Assembly (NCBI GenBank): GCA_964019335.1
Contig: OZ025701.1
Location: 372,001-436,000, forward strand
DNA: 64,000 nucleotides
Direction of reading: 5' to 3'
Origin: Diplonema japonicum
Taxonomy: Eukaryota; Protista; Euglenozoa: Diplonemea
In this document: positions 53,200-63,999 of the stretch, in pieces
How positions within the stretch are numbered: the stretch's first letter is position 1
Layout of the letters: each line of letters opens with the position of its first letter
Notes under the pieces: generated by a model
Seen by the model: the letters and a program-made list of their open reading frames with translations, nothing else
What the model was told of the DNA's origin: nothing
The model's database searches: none
Made by a program: the position numbers and the translations under genes

Positions 53200-53475
53200 T
53201 CACATTGGAGAATACACCTTCATGTGCATGTAATTTGCTAGCGTTGCAGACGCTGCCAGCCTCCCTCCTGTGTCGGCGTCCAGGGGGCCCATTGCATACC
53301 CGCGCATGTTGCAGGACATAGGTCGCCAGCTGTCTCGAAGCCCCAGAGCCGATTTTATCTTTGCCGGGATTACTACCTTCGCGACGCTGGGAGCCATGCC
53401 CTTAGGAGCTTCTACACATAAATATTTCCAATGGTGCTCCCCAATCTGGACGGCACCCGTGGTGGAAAAACTCAT
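53200..53475 (-). CDS. Small hypothetical protein
   Basis: 91-aa ATG ORF with coding-like composition, preceded by a polypyrimidine tract and AACAG acceptor at ~53494. The 3' end may continue via a GTGAGT donor. Confidence 0.6.
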   Translation of the reverse strand: MSFSTTGAVQIGEHHWKYLCVEAPKGMAPSVAKVVIPAKIKSALGLRDSWRPMSCNMRGYAMGPLDADTGGRLAASATLANYMHMKVYSPM

Positions 53476-53611
53476 TTTGTAAAACGTGTAAACCTGTTAA
53501 GAGAAAAAAAAGGGGGGGGGGAAGCAGAACAAAAATAGAAAAATACTAAAGAGGAAAAAAAAAAGGGGGAGTGGGGAGAAATAAAATAAATGATAGAATG
53601 CCATCACTTTT

Positions 53612-53613
<2 letters not shown>

Positions 53614-53650
<37 letters not shown>
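53614..53650. repeat. (TG)n microsatellite
   Basis: Uninterrupted GT dinucleotide run. Confidence 0.95.
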
Positions 53651-53652
<2 letters not shown>

Positions 53653-55035
53653 TTTTTTTTTTTTTTAAATTCCTCCTTCCTCCTTTTTTTTTTTTCTCTT
53701 TTTCTCCTTTACCCTCCCCCCTCCGGAGAAGGTAAAAAGAAACAACAACAAAAAAAAAAGGAACTAAGAGAGGTGCGAGGTTGGGAAAGAAACGAAAGAA
53801 AGAAATAAATAAATAAAAAGAGGGGGTAGGGACAGAGCCCCCCCAGCGTTGTTGGGTTAACAAAAAAAAAAAAACACAAAAAAAAAAGGGACGGGGGTGG
53901 TTTCTTTTTTTTTTTCTCTCTCTTTTTTTTTTCCCCCTTCGATATTTGTCACAGGTTCTCGGTTATTTGTCTCTGGATTGTGACATTTATGAGTTGGATT
54001 ATAAAAAAAAAGAAAAAAAAAAGAAAAAGAAAAGAAGGCTAGGCGAAAGGTGGGAAAAGTTTAATAATACCAGGGAAAGACATCGTAAAAAGCCTGCCCC
54101 TCAGGGGGGGAAGGGGAGGGAGGGTGGCTTCTATGGTGGGGTGGCCTCCCGCTCTGAACACAGCAACAACTGCTAAAAAAAAAAAAAAGGTTTTTTTTTT
54201 TAAAAAAAGAAAAGTAAGAAAGAAAAGAGACTGGGAGCCTTCCACAGGGCCCCATTTTTATTTCTTTCTTTATTTTCTTTTTTTTCTCATCGGACTATTT
54301 TTGTTTTTGTTTTTTTTTTTTTATTTTCTCTTCGTGACCAGATGAGTAAGAGCATGTGGTTGAGGTATAGAAAGAAAAAAAAAAGGATATCATCAAGCCA
54401 CCGTTTGCTCTTATTCTCTGTGCTTGTATGCGTTTTACGAAAATTTAAAAAAAAGAAAAAGGAAAGAAAAAAAAAAAAGAGGGGGGAAAAAAAAACTTAG
54501 TAATGTGCCTGTTGTGAGCGCGTTTTTTTTTTCTTCTTTTTTTTCACCCCATCTTTTTTTTTCCCTTTTTTTTTCTCTCTTGTTGTTTACTTACAAAACA
54601 CCAAAAAAAAAAAAGAAAAAAGCTCGAAATTTTGTTTTCTGCAACAAGCCCCCTCCTTTTTTTTTTCTCTTAAAAAGAGTGGTAACAATGCCACTTTATA
54701 ATAAAAAAAAAGTTTTTTTTTATTCCACTAAACCCTACTTCTGCCCGGTATTTAAAAAAAAGAGGGGGGGGTAAAAAAGGCTTGGGGGGTTTTTTTTTCT
54801 CTCTTTTTTAACTGTTGCCTTTACCCCCTCACAAAAAATAGAATGGGGAAAAAAGTAAAAATACTGTTGAATCAATAAAGTACGTGAATTCTTTTTTTTT
54901 TTTTTTTCCGACTATAAATATCAGAACCCTGAACTTTATCCGTTTTACAGTAAAATAAAATACACGGGGTGGGAACCCAAAAACATGTGAGATGCCATCG
55001 CCAAGTCCTGACACGCGGCGCATTGCTTCTTCTTT

Positions 55036-55069
<34 letters not shown>

Positions 55070-56449
55070 CCTTTTAACCCTTTTTGGGGGAAAAAAAACC
55101 CCTTATGGGTTTTCTTACCTTTTTCTTCTTTAGTGCCAGCGGTTCTAGTCCGAGGGCGATATATATAAAAAAAAAAAAAAAAAAAAAAAAGCCTATTTCT
55201 TTGTCTAAGGTATTTAACTGCTGGCATTCTAAGGGTTAAAGGGAGGGAGTAAAAAGGGGTTCCTTTCTTTTTCTTTTTTTTTTTTAAATTACTACGTTAG
55301 CAAAGCTTTGGCTTTTTTTTTTTTTCTTCTCGTTTTTTTTTTTTTAGGGGGCATAAGAGAAAAAAAAAGAAGAAAAGTGGAGTGCAAAAAAAAAGAAGAA
55401 AAAAGAAAAAAGAATAACACAACAATATTAAAATCTAGGCCAGGAAGGTATTTTTACTCTCCTCAATTTTTTACTTCATTCAGAATCCCTAATGAGAACG
55501 AGAAAAAAAAAAAAAAAAAAAAAAAAAAAAGAAAAAAAAAAGCCGAGTCAAATTTAAAAAGTATCATCGAAAAAAAAAATGGTATTTCTGGAGTGAAGAT
55601 TGTGCAGTGAATGAAGTAAGATTGAGAGGATGCAACAAAAAAAAAAAAGAAAAAAGAAAAAAAAAAAAGAACAAAGAAAAGAAAATGCCAGCATATATTT
55701 CACATCTACAGGATGCTGACAGTAGTTACCCATTGTCTCTTGTTCTATTTTTTTTTTTTTTTTTTGTTTTTGCCTGCGAATTCTTTTTTTACTTTTCTCT
55801 TTTTCTTTAGGAGGGAACAACTTAAAAAAAGGGGATGAAGCATGGGAGCAGTTCAAAAAAAAGGGGGGGGGGTGGAGGAAGAAGAAAGAGAACGAACATG
55901 GGGAGAAAGATATATTTCGCTTGGAACGTGGACAAGGTGGGGAGGGCGGGTGAAGAAAAAGAACAGATTCAAAAGGGTAACCCTTGCATCCACTACTTTT
56001 CCTCCCCTTCACCACCCCGACCTTTTTTTTTTCCTTCTTTTTTTTTTCTTTCATTTCTTCTTCTTTTTTTTATTTCTTTTTTTTATTTTGTTTTGGAAGG
56101 GTGAAGCTATTAAAAAAAAAAAGATTTTCTTTTTAAAATGGGAAGGGGAAAGAGCTAAAAAAAAAGGGGGGGGGAGGTAAATGGATGGCAAAAAAAAAAA
56201 AAAAAAAAAAAACCTCTTTCAACCCTTCCGACCCATGGGTTAAAAAAAAGATGAAACATTCGATGCCCATGAAGTAAGGGGAATGAGAAAAATAAGAAAG
56301 GACGGGTGAGGGTGGAAGGGGAACTGCTCGACCATGCGAAAGGGGGAAAAGAAAAGAAAAAAGAGAAAAATTGTGAAAAATTAAAAAGATAATAATAAGA
56401 GCAGAAAAGAATGCTGTATCAGAGGGAGAGAAGAAGAAAAAAAAAATAA

Positions 56450-57099
56450 CCTTCCATATTCGCCTGCCCTATGTCCCAAAGGGGTTATAGGGGGCTATAG
56501 GGGGGGAAATGTCAAAAATGCTCAAAGGTTCATTGAATTTTTTTTTTTTCAAAAAATCCATATGTCGGACATGAAAGAACGGTGAGTTCCAAGGAAGTTC
56601 CAAAAAAAATTTTCCAAAAAAAGTTTTTTGGGGGCCAACCAAAATGACCTTGGAAGTCGCCATTTTGAGTTTTGGCCATTTTTGCCAAACTTTTGCACCT
56701 GGGCACTTTTCCCTTTAAAAACCCTTGGAAAACTGGTTCGATCCCAGAAGCCAGCATCTTCCTGACCAGTAGTTCAGCGGAAAATATTTTCGAAGGCCAG
56801 GGTGGTCTAGTTGGGAGGGCTGTACCCTGCACCTAGGCGAAGCGGGTTCAAACCCCACTCCGGCGGATTTTTTTTAGGTACACCAGGAGAGAAACGAGCC
56901 TGTACCGGTATTTCTGCTTTCGTAAGCTTGTGGGAGTCTAGTTGAGAAAAGTGCAGTTTTGAGGGAGAAAAAATTCCATATGTCGGACATTGGGCCCCGG
57001 ACGCAAATAAATCCATTCCAGCCCTAGAAAAAGCAATTAAAAAATTTTTTAGCTCTTCAAAATGCGAGTTCTGGTCGATCACTTAGCGAATATGGAAGG
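56450..57099. mobile_element. 650-bp MITE with 14-bp TIRs and TAA target duplication (PIF/Harbinger-Tourist-like TSD)
   Basis: TAA|CCTTCCATATTCGC at 56447-56463 and GCGAATATGGAAGG|TAA at 57086-57102. Internal direct repeat CCATATGTCGGACAT occurs twice. Confidence 0.8.
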
Positions 57100-57488
57100 T
57101 AAATAAAATAAAAACACTTTTTTCTTCTTTTTCGGAACCACATGGCTTGCCAACTCTAAACAAAACCAAAAAAAAAATATTTCCGTCTTTCCCGCCCCCT
57201 TTTTTTTTTCTCTTCTCCCCTTCTCTACTTTAAAAAAAGCTTTAAAAATTGACTTTGCGAGAAAAAAAAGAAGGGAAAAACATGCACCCCCCCCCCCCCC
57301 CTACCCGACACTGCAGGGGAAAAAAAATGGGAAATAAAAAAAGAGAAGGGGGTAAAAAAAAAAAAATACCCCCTCCCCTCAACAACCAAAACCAAAACCC
57401 CAACCACACGAAAAAAAATCTTTTTTGTTCAATAAAAAAAGTTTTTTTTAGGTCATCAGAACATCGGAAGAAGCAACGCGGAGCATCT

Positions 57489-57520
<32 letters not shown>

Positions 57521-57534
57521 TAATATTCCCGTTA

Positions 57535-58761
57535 TCATACCCCTGCAGCAACGCCAGAAGGCGTGAACATCTCGGGTGTGATGCCGCTCGGTGACGCCGC
57601 AAGCTGTGTGTTTAAAAAGTTACCGCAGCTCCCGATGGTAGCACACACCGATTCCGGGGAAGCACCGAGGGCCGTTCTGAAGAAATGGTCATGCGACTCA
57701 AAGGGACTGTTCTCCCCCTTCGACGCGATATGCGCCCGCCAATGCGACTGGATAACAAAAGCCGCAGCATGCTGCTGCCACTTCGGCGCACCCGACAAGA
57801 CGGCCGACGTAACACTTGATGTGGAGCTTATCCGCGGGATGGCAACAGGAGCACGCGTAGCAGGGGGCGCAAAGCTCGAAGCAACAGCACCCGCCCTTGT
57901 CACCACCGCACGTGCCAACACCGCCATGGGGTCGATCAAAGGCACACAATCGTGATGAGTATTCGGCAGTGCTAAGGGTATTTCAGTGCATCCCAATATA
58001 ATCGCCTCCGCACCTTGTGAAACAAGGTCAGTGGCGAACATTTCAAATGAAGAAAGAGCTTCAGGTGATGTTGGTTGCACAGCCTTGACACCCCAGTCCC
58101 TGTTGTAGATGGCGTCGTGGACCATGTGCTGCATGGACGCGTCGACCTGCACCACGCTGAACCCCTGCGGTTCGAGCAGATCGTGGTAAACACGACTGTT
58201 TCGTGTGCCGGTGGTTGAGAGAAGTCCGATTTTTCTCGCGCCGGGGACGATGGTGTTGATCGCGCGGACGGTCTCGTCCAACATGTGCACCAGCTTCACG
58301 GTGTTCGAGATACCAGTGTCGTCGAGGATTCTCACAAACTCGTCCCAGATTTTTGGAGCGTGGAATGTGTTGCACGGTACACCCGCTACTGCGGTTATCT
58401 TCCCGCTTGTCTGAACCGACTCCGCAAGCGCCGCCATAGTTCTCGCCATCCCCACCGCCGGTGACTTCTCGCTCTCCCCCAATAGGTACGACGTCCTGTC
58501 CGCTACGTCCGGACGCGAAATGTGATGAACCTCGCAGTGACTCTGATCAGTACCATCGGAAACAGTGGCTTCAATGATTTTCCTGTGAAGTATTACACCA
58601 GCAGCAGGGCCTACCCCACCACCAATCCCGATGCACACGGTCTTGGAGCTGGGGGCCACTGTACTCTCGAATTCGAGAGTGACCCTGCTGCTGTGCTGAT
58701 TATACCCACTATTCCCACTACTACTCGACTCACTCGAACCGGCGTCGGCGCTGCTGGACAT
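57535..58761 (-). CDS. PLP-independent aspartate/glutamate-family racemase with C-terminal IQ-like motif
   Basis: IGIGGGVGPAA, DQSH, DRTSYL, PCNTFH, IGLLSTTGT and ILGCTEIPL (both catalytic Cys present). AAFVIQSHWRAHIAS is IQ-like. Confidence 0.9.
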   Translation of the reverse strand: MSSSADAGSSESSSSGNSGYNQHSSRVTLEFESTVAPSSKTVCIGIGGGVGPAAGVILHRKIIEATVSDGTDQSHCEVHHISRPDVADRTSYLLGESEKSPAVGMARTMAALAESVQTSGKITAVAGVPCNTFHAPKIWDEFVRILDDTGISNTVKLVHMLDETVRAINTIVPGARKIGLLSTTGTRNSRVYHDLLEPQGFSVVQVDASMQHMVHDAIYNRDWGVKAVQPTSPEALSSFEMFATDLVSQGAEAIILGCTEIPLALPNTHHDCVPLIDPMAVLARAVVTRAGAVASSFAPPATRAPVAIPRISSTSSVTSAVLSGAPKWQQHAAAFVIQSHWRAHIASKGENSPFESHDHFFRTALGASPESVCATIGSCGNFLNTQLAASPSGITPEMFTPSGVAAGV

Positions 58762-58886
58762 GTTAATGATAGAAACGAAGGAGCTGTGGTGTGATGGGAA
58801 AAGAAAGAAACAGATGAATAGAAGGATAAAAAAGAATATTCGCTTTAAACATGGTACAATTGGTACATCTAAGGTTGACGAGTGTG

Positions 58887-60569
58887 TCATAGACCTGCAA
58901 GCCGCTCATGCTCGAGAAGGTCTTCATCGGTGGGGAGAGAGAGTCCGAGTTTGACAAATTCAGGCAGCGCTTTGTGAGCGATGGGCTCTGAAAGCTCTGT
59001 CCCGGCTGTGTTGTGAGAGGCATCAGTAGCCAGTGTGCCGTGCGTGCCTTGGAGGTCGACGGGGTCGGACTGCACCGTGTCCGTCAGCCACTCCTGCGTC
59101 GGCTCGATGAAGATCCTCGGGCTGTTCATCGTGGTGACGAGCTCTTCTTGCTCCTCCTTTTTGGGTGTGAAGAATTCCCTCGGACGCGGCTTGGGGAACA
59201 CCTCCCCCCTTGGCTGCCGTACGGTACTTTGCAAGGGTGACAGCGGCTCTCGTGGAGGCTTCACTGACACCACCTCCTTCCTGCTCCCCTCCACGCAGCG
59301 CATCAGCTTGTCCGTCTCCACCGCGTGTATCTTCTGCTGCCCTGTCTCTTTCAGCGAGTGCTTCATCTTCAGCTCACGCAGTTTCTCGTGTATCTTCAGC
59401 ACCGACCCTCTTGGGGCCTCTTGCCTCGCCTTCACCCTCGCTGCCGTATCCGCAGCAGCAGCCTGCTCCTCCCGTTGTGAGGCAGCTTGCCGTACATCCC
59501 GCTCTGCTAGCATTTCGACTACTTCCCTCCGCTCCTTCGACAGGTCAGCTGGGAGGACCACCTTCTTCTGCTCTGCTTGCTTCCTCACCACAGCCCTCCT
59601 GCATTCCCCATTGCCTCCGCTGAACAGTCGGATCCCTCCGTCGCTGTACCTAGGCCACACACCGCTCCCTGTCGGCTGGTAACTATGGTGCGGCAAGACG
59701 TTCTGCCGCTTCACGCTCTCTGTGTCGGACTCGGTGGCTTCTGACCTGTCGTCCATCAGCAGTTCCGTCAGGTGAGGGTTCGGTGGCTTGTCGGCGACGT
59801 AAGCGGACTGCCCTTGCTTCGTCGCAGGCCTTCTGTCGTGGTTGCCACCCAGTGCGACCCTCTGCTTTCTGACACCCTCCATGAGGGCACGCTTCTCCTC
59901 AAGCGGTGTGAGCGGCGGGCAGTTGTTCATGGGTGACGTGACGGGCATGCTCGTGGCGGGGTTATGGGTTTTAGTGAGCTTCGTGTCCACGTACTGCATG
60001 TCGTAGTAGCGGCCGTCGATCTTCTTCTTCTTGAGAACGGGAAGCCGCGGTTGGAGGTGGCACAGTGTCAGGATGCACTCCTTCTCCTTGTGCTCGTCGG
60101 ACAGCTGGATGGTGAAGAGTGCTTTCTCACCAGAGACTACATGGAGCCCGTTGAACTTTATGATCTTCGGAGCGTTGGAGTCGTTCTCTAGGACGAGGAG
60201 CTGCGTGATGTTGACGAGGGGGCTGCGGCAGTTGAAGAAGATGCCAGTCTCGGTGGAGGTCTTGGGTATCAGGTAAACAGCAGCGTCGGTGATAATGAAG
60301 AGCTTCGGGATGTGCACGCGACAAGTGTCAACCTCGTTGACGAGGAGAGAGAAGTGCACCACAGAGTCCCCATTGCTCAGCAGGTGCTGTGATACAATTT
60401 TGTGCTGGCAAATCCTCAGCGAATCTAGCATCGTCCCCTTCAGTATTCCTTTGTCCACTTTTTGCACTTCTGGAACCTTCTTCTCCCCGCACCACCCGAA
60501 CGCCTCCACGGACCCTGTCCTGTCATACTGCTCTAACGGGCTCGCACTAGACGTACCCAGCAACGCCAT
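58887..60569 (-). CDS. Hypothetical protein with an N-terminal myosin-TH1/PH-like domain and a disordered/coiled tail
   Basis: VHFSLLVNEV......KLFIITDAAVYLI...RSPLVNITQL resembles the TH1/PH fold. Confidence 0.55.
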   Translation of the reverse strand: MALLGTSSASPLEQYDRTGSVEAFGWCGEKKVPEVQKVDKGILKGTMLDSLRICQHKIVSQHLLSNGDSVVHFSLLVNEVDTCRVHIPKLFIITDAAVYLIPKTSTETGIFFNCRSPLVNITQLLVLENDSNAPKIIKFNGLHVVSGEKALFTIQLSDEHKEKECILTLCHLQPRLPVLKKKKIDGRYYDMQYVDTKLTKTHNPATSMPVTSPMNNCPPLTPLEEKRALMEGVRKQRVALGGNHDRRPATKQGQSAYVADKPPNPHLTELLMDDRSEATESDTESVKRQNVLPHHSYQPTGSGVWPRYSDGGIRLFSGGNGECRRAVVRKQAEQKKVVLPADLSKERREVVEMLAERDVRQAASQREEQAAAADTAARVKARQEAPRGSVLKIHEKLRELKMKHSLKETGQQKIHAVETDKLMRCVEGSRKEVVSVKPPREPLSPLQSTVRQPRGEVFPKPRPREFFTPKKEEQEELVTTMNSPRIFIEPTQEWLTDTVQSDPVDLQGTHGTLATDASHNTAGTELSEPIAHKALPEFVKLGLSLPTDEDLLEHERLAGL

Positions 60570-60726
60570 TTTCCTGCGGAGAGGATAGCAGGAAGTAAGA
60601 GGAGACAAATATATGCACATAACGGTGATTTAAAGGTAGGTAGTCTAAAACAAAAGCGTGGTTAGAAGAAACTGGTAACCCCCCCCCCCCCCCCCCCCTT
60701 ACCCCTCTTTTTTTTCTTTCTTTGTA

Positions 60727-63195
60727 TCAAGAATCCTTCCCTGTCGATGAGTCGGTGTCCCACTCTACCATTTCTACGCTGTCTTGGCTGAGGGGGATGA
60801 ACGTCTGTGCACTCTCCGCCCCTTGAAGGCAGCAAGGCTTCTTCTTAGGCGCGTTGTCCATTCGCCTAAAGAAAGCGTAGACGTACCTGTGACACACCGT
60901 ACGAAGAGGGGTGCAGCAGTAGACCAGCCCCACAGAGATGACGTGTGTTGCAGTAGTCCATATGGCGAGGGCTTTGATAGAGGAGAAGAAGAAGAACCCA
61001 ATGAACGAGATGGTGGTAGAGAGGGGGCCCCATAAACGGCAGAATTCGAATGCTGATTCGGCAAGCGCTTCATATCCTGCTTGGTACATGATGGACTGGT
61101 AGTACACCCCTATGAAGGCCATGAAGTTGGACCAATACACGATCAGCATGAAGCGGTCAGCGGTGGTGACCTGTGACGTGGCCGGTGTCTGCGCAGCGAT
61201 CGAAGAATGGAACATGACCGTCGTCACAAGTGACGAGCCGCAGATGCCAAGCCTCTTTGTGAAGGACGCGGGGCGTATCAGCCACACTCCCAGGTTGACA
61301 AGCGTGATGGTGATAGGCGGCAGAAACACCTTCACCATTGTTCCAAACACCGGTCGGACAAAGTCAAGCCGCCAGGCGTACCTACTGCTCGCCTTTGTCC
61401 CTCCTAAACACGTGCATGACTCTTCAGCGCCAGGCAGGTTCCACTCCCCCCATCGTACATCGTCCTCCTCTCCCCCGCACTGCCCTGTGATGTACCGTAA
61501 CGGGTGCTTTAAATACGGCCAGCAGTCAAAAGTCACTTCTGCACCCCACAGCTGTCCCACACCCTCGTTTGAAAGACCTGGGAAGAATCTTGCGTTGGGG
61601 CTCATCCCCGAGTAGTCCTCCAGATGGCAGAACACCAGGCTGACGTTGTCCGTCGATGACTCGGCAGCGTCCTCGATAACTAACTTGACGGTCTGCGTGT
61701 CGAACGGCCAGGAGAGCAGACTTGGCTTGAAAGTGTGCACAGCTTGCAGACGGAGGTACGAGATCAACCCTTCGGAATTCTTAACAGGTGTGACTGTCTT
61801 TGACTGATCGGTGGATGCGAAATTTAGAGTCTTGTACGAAGCGTGCGATGTGTTGGTGATATAGCTCGTCCAGCGGTTTTCTTGGAAAAGGGACGGGTCG
61901 CAGTTCCCACCCTGTGACGCCTGGAGAGCAGCCAGCGGGTCCATAAATAGCTCCGTGTGCTGGTGCAAGAAAACGTTCGCGTCCATGTACACGGAGCCCG
62001 CCTTGATGTCGACGTTGCCGATGTTGTTGACGTACACCCCAACACCCACGAGGCGCACGGTGCCGCCTTTCGTAGGCAAGCAGACTGCTGAGGCGTTGTG
62101 CAGACTGGGGTTCGATGTCCCGTGCACCATGCACTTATGGTCATCACGTAGTTCTGTAGATCCGATCGCAAGGTCCGCTGCTGTAACCTGCGTTTCAATG
62201 TCCTTCACGACTTGCAGCACGCTCCGCCCGTCGCTGCAACCGCTGTACATCACCTCGGACACCACGCTGCTTGTTTTGTTGTCATCCGCCCACGGTGCCG
62301 TCCAGGACGAGTTGTCGACGAGCGTCTTCGTGGGGTTCACGAGCACTGTGTTGAAGATGGACTTCCAGTCCACCTGCGGGCGAGCAAGGAGCGACGCCCC
62401 TGTGTAGTTCACAGCACCTGCGCGTATCCCCGCAACAGTCGACACAGTGTAGTGGATCTCCTCCCGCTTCTTGACGCAGTCAAGGACGGCGTTGTTGTAC
62501 ACCCCTAGAGACGTGTAGATGACGTCCGTGTTGGACTTCAGGAGGTCGTTGCAGTAGGTGGTGAGCCGGTCCCATACTGTCTGGTTGACGCTAGTGTCGA
62601 CAGTGTGCCGCATGTCGATGGCGGTGAGTGTAGTGCATGTCCCGGGGCTCACGTCATGTACGGCTTGCAAGAAGGCGTAGTCCCTCACGGAGGGAGGGGA
62701 CTTGACGAGCATCGCGATCTTCTTCCCTACTCTTGCCGACTGCAGCCCCGCCATGACCCCCGTGAGGTACGAGCCCTTGACGGCTGACAGGGTTACCACC
62801 TTTGTGTTAGATGAGAGGTTCGTCATCACGTTTGCCTCCCCTAGCGTGAAAGTCACAAACCAGCTGTCCACCTGCGTTGTTAAGGATTCGTCGAACGTGG
62901 TCTCAAGGCCCACCACGATGTCCACCCCGTGCTCTTGTAAGTACCGCTGCACTTGCTCTTTCATCGCCTGATCGTTCCACACCGTTTCGGTCGGCTCCTC
63001 TCCGGCCTTCACCTTCGGGTTCAGAAAATTGAACTTGACATCCTCTGTATCCTGCGCCTTGCTGTCCCTTTCTATGGCTTTTACGCTTTCTTTAATATTA
63101 CTACTGAAGTACCACCCGAGCTGCTCTGGCGTTTTAGAAACCAGGAGGATGTCAAGCACCGCCGTCACAAGGGCGGCGAGGAGGATGGGCACCAT
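60727..63195 (-). CDS. BMP-type periplasmic-binding domain fused to a Cys-less pentameric ligand-gated ion channel
   Basis: Signal peptide. BMP-like GSYLTGVMAG..S....KIAM, AFLQAV..V.PG and DVIY...G. Channel motifs VGVGVYVNNIGNVDIKAG, WPFDTQTVKLVIED (Pro-loop), KVFLPP (M1), KRLGICGSSLVTTVMFH (M2) and TTADRFML (M3). Confidence 0.82.
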   Translation of the reverse strand: MVPILLAALVTAVLDILLVSKTPEQLGWYFSSNIKESVKAIERDSKAQDTEDVKFNFLNPKVKAGEEPTETVWNDQAMKEQVQRYLQEHGVDIVVGLETTFDESLTTQVDSWFVTFTLGEANVMTNLSSNTKVVTLSAVKGSYLTGVMAGLQSARVGKKIAMLVKSPPSVRDYAFLQAVHDVSPGTCTTLTAIDMRHTVDTSVNQTVWDRLTTYCNDLLKSNTDVIYTSLGVYNNAVLDCVKKREEIHYTVSTVAGIRAGAVNYTGASLLARPQVDWKSIFNTVLVNPTKTLVDNSSWTAPWADDNKTSSVVSEVMYSGCSDGRSVLQVVKDIETQVTAADLAIGSTELRDDHKCMVHGTSNPSLHNASAVCLPTKGGTVRLVGVGVYVNNIGNVDIKAGSVYMDANVFLHQHTELFMDPLAALQASQGGNCDPSLFQENRWTSYITNTSHASYKTLNFASTDQSKTVTPVKNSEGLISYLRLQAVHTFKPSLLSWPFDTQTVKLVIEDAAESSTDNVSLVFCHLEDYSGMSPNARFFPGLSNEGVGQLWGAEVTFDCWPYLKHPLRYITGQCGGEEDDVRWGEWNLPGAEESCTCLGGTKASSRYAWRLDFVRPVFGTMVKVFLPPITITLVNLGVWLIRPASFTKRLGICGSSLVTTVMFHSSIAAQTPATSQVTTADRFMLIVYWSNFMAFIGVYYQSIMYQAGYEALAESAFEFCRLWGPLSTTISFIGFFFFSSIKALAIWTTATHVISVGLVYCCTPLRTVCHRYVYAFFRRMDNAPKKKPCCLQGAESAQTFIPLSQDSVEMVEWDTDSSTGKDS

Positions 63196-63239
63196 AGGAC
63201 CCTTACACCACTAGGATGGTTTGATGAAGGGTAATACGG

Positions 63240-63272
<33 letters not shown>

Positions 63273-63282
63273 CAATAGGCAT

Positions 63283-63999
63283 TCAGAGCATATGTCGAAA
63301 CGTGAGGGAGACCCTGTCCCCTGTGCGGAGGCAAGGGGTTCCTGGGGGTGCATTGATGCAGTCAGAGGGGATGGTGTCGGTGTCGGGGAGGATCTCGTGG
63401 GTGTGTTGAGAATAAATGTCGTCAGAAAACACGACGAGAGTGCGAGGTTGCAGAAGCACAGAGAAGGAAGAGCCTTGGCAGCCCATCCTAGGAGCAAGAC
63501 GGAAAAACGCGGGCTGCAACAAGGAAAGGGTAACAGTGCACGGGACATAGGCAGGGCCATCTGTGTGTGGGAGAATCCCACCACCAGGAGGGTACTTATT
63601 TATCAGAACGTGATTGCAAGAAGCCGCCCCCCATGCCTCTGCACCTTTAAAAGCAGCCATGAGTCCGTCGAGCCAGGAGGGGAGTCCATCCGATGTGAAT
63701 TCCATTACCATTCTCCCTTTCAACTCCACCCATTTTCCTTGAGTTCCACAATGATCTACGTATTTTGCTAGCTCCTCCTCACCTGCTGCACTTACTGCAT
63801 TCTCGATGACCCAGAGGTTATTCTCGGGTCCTATTTTACACCGTTCTTGCCATCCTTTGGGCAGTGTCACTCCAACAGGGAGGCCTTGCCTGTGTGTTAC
63901 ACGTGCCGGGTTTTCGTTTTTTTTTTCTTCAGTTCTTTCGTGTTCTCCCTCTGTGTTATTATCCATGTTGTCAAGTGCTTCCCGCAGCAAGACGGCCAT
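63283..63999 (-). CDS. ALKBH6: AlkB-family 2OG-Fe(II) dioxygenase, ALKBH6-like
   Basis: NHVLINKYPPGGGILPHTDGP (HxD), LQPRTLVVF, distal His in THEI, and RVSLTFR. The start lies at the window edge. Confidence 0.85.
   Translation of the reverse strand: MAVLLREALDNMDNNTEGEHERTEEKKNENPARVTHRQGLPVGVTLPKGWQERCKIGPENNLWVIENAVSAAGEEELAKYVDHCGTQGKWVELKGRMVMEFTSDGLPSWLDGLMAAFKGAEAWGAASCNHVLINKYPPGGGILPHTDGPAYVPCTVTLSLLQPAFFRLAPRMGCQGSSFSVLLQPRTLVVFSDDIYSQHTHEILPDTDTIPSDCINAPPGTPCLRTGDRVSLTFRHML

Noticed and set aside
52969-53203. Splicing of the 91-aa ORF onto the Kv channel through a GTGAGT donor
   Set aside because: In-frame TGA codons lie directly before the channel ATG, and the only AG past them is in the wrong phase.
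53500-57500. K/F-rich ORFs in AT-rich spacers (also 7600-8300, 12550-13400, 15990-16550, 47400-47830)
   Set aside because: These are translations of poly-A, poly-T and poly-G tracts, not proteins.
782-63771. Numerous plus-strand ORFs in the track
   Set aside because: They are antisense shadows of minus-strand genes or homopolymer read-through; none shows a recognisable domain.
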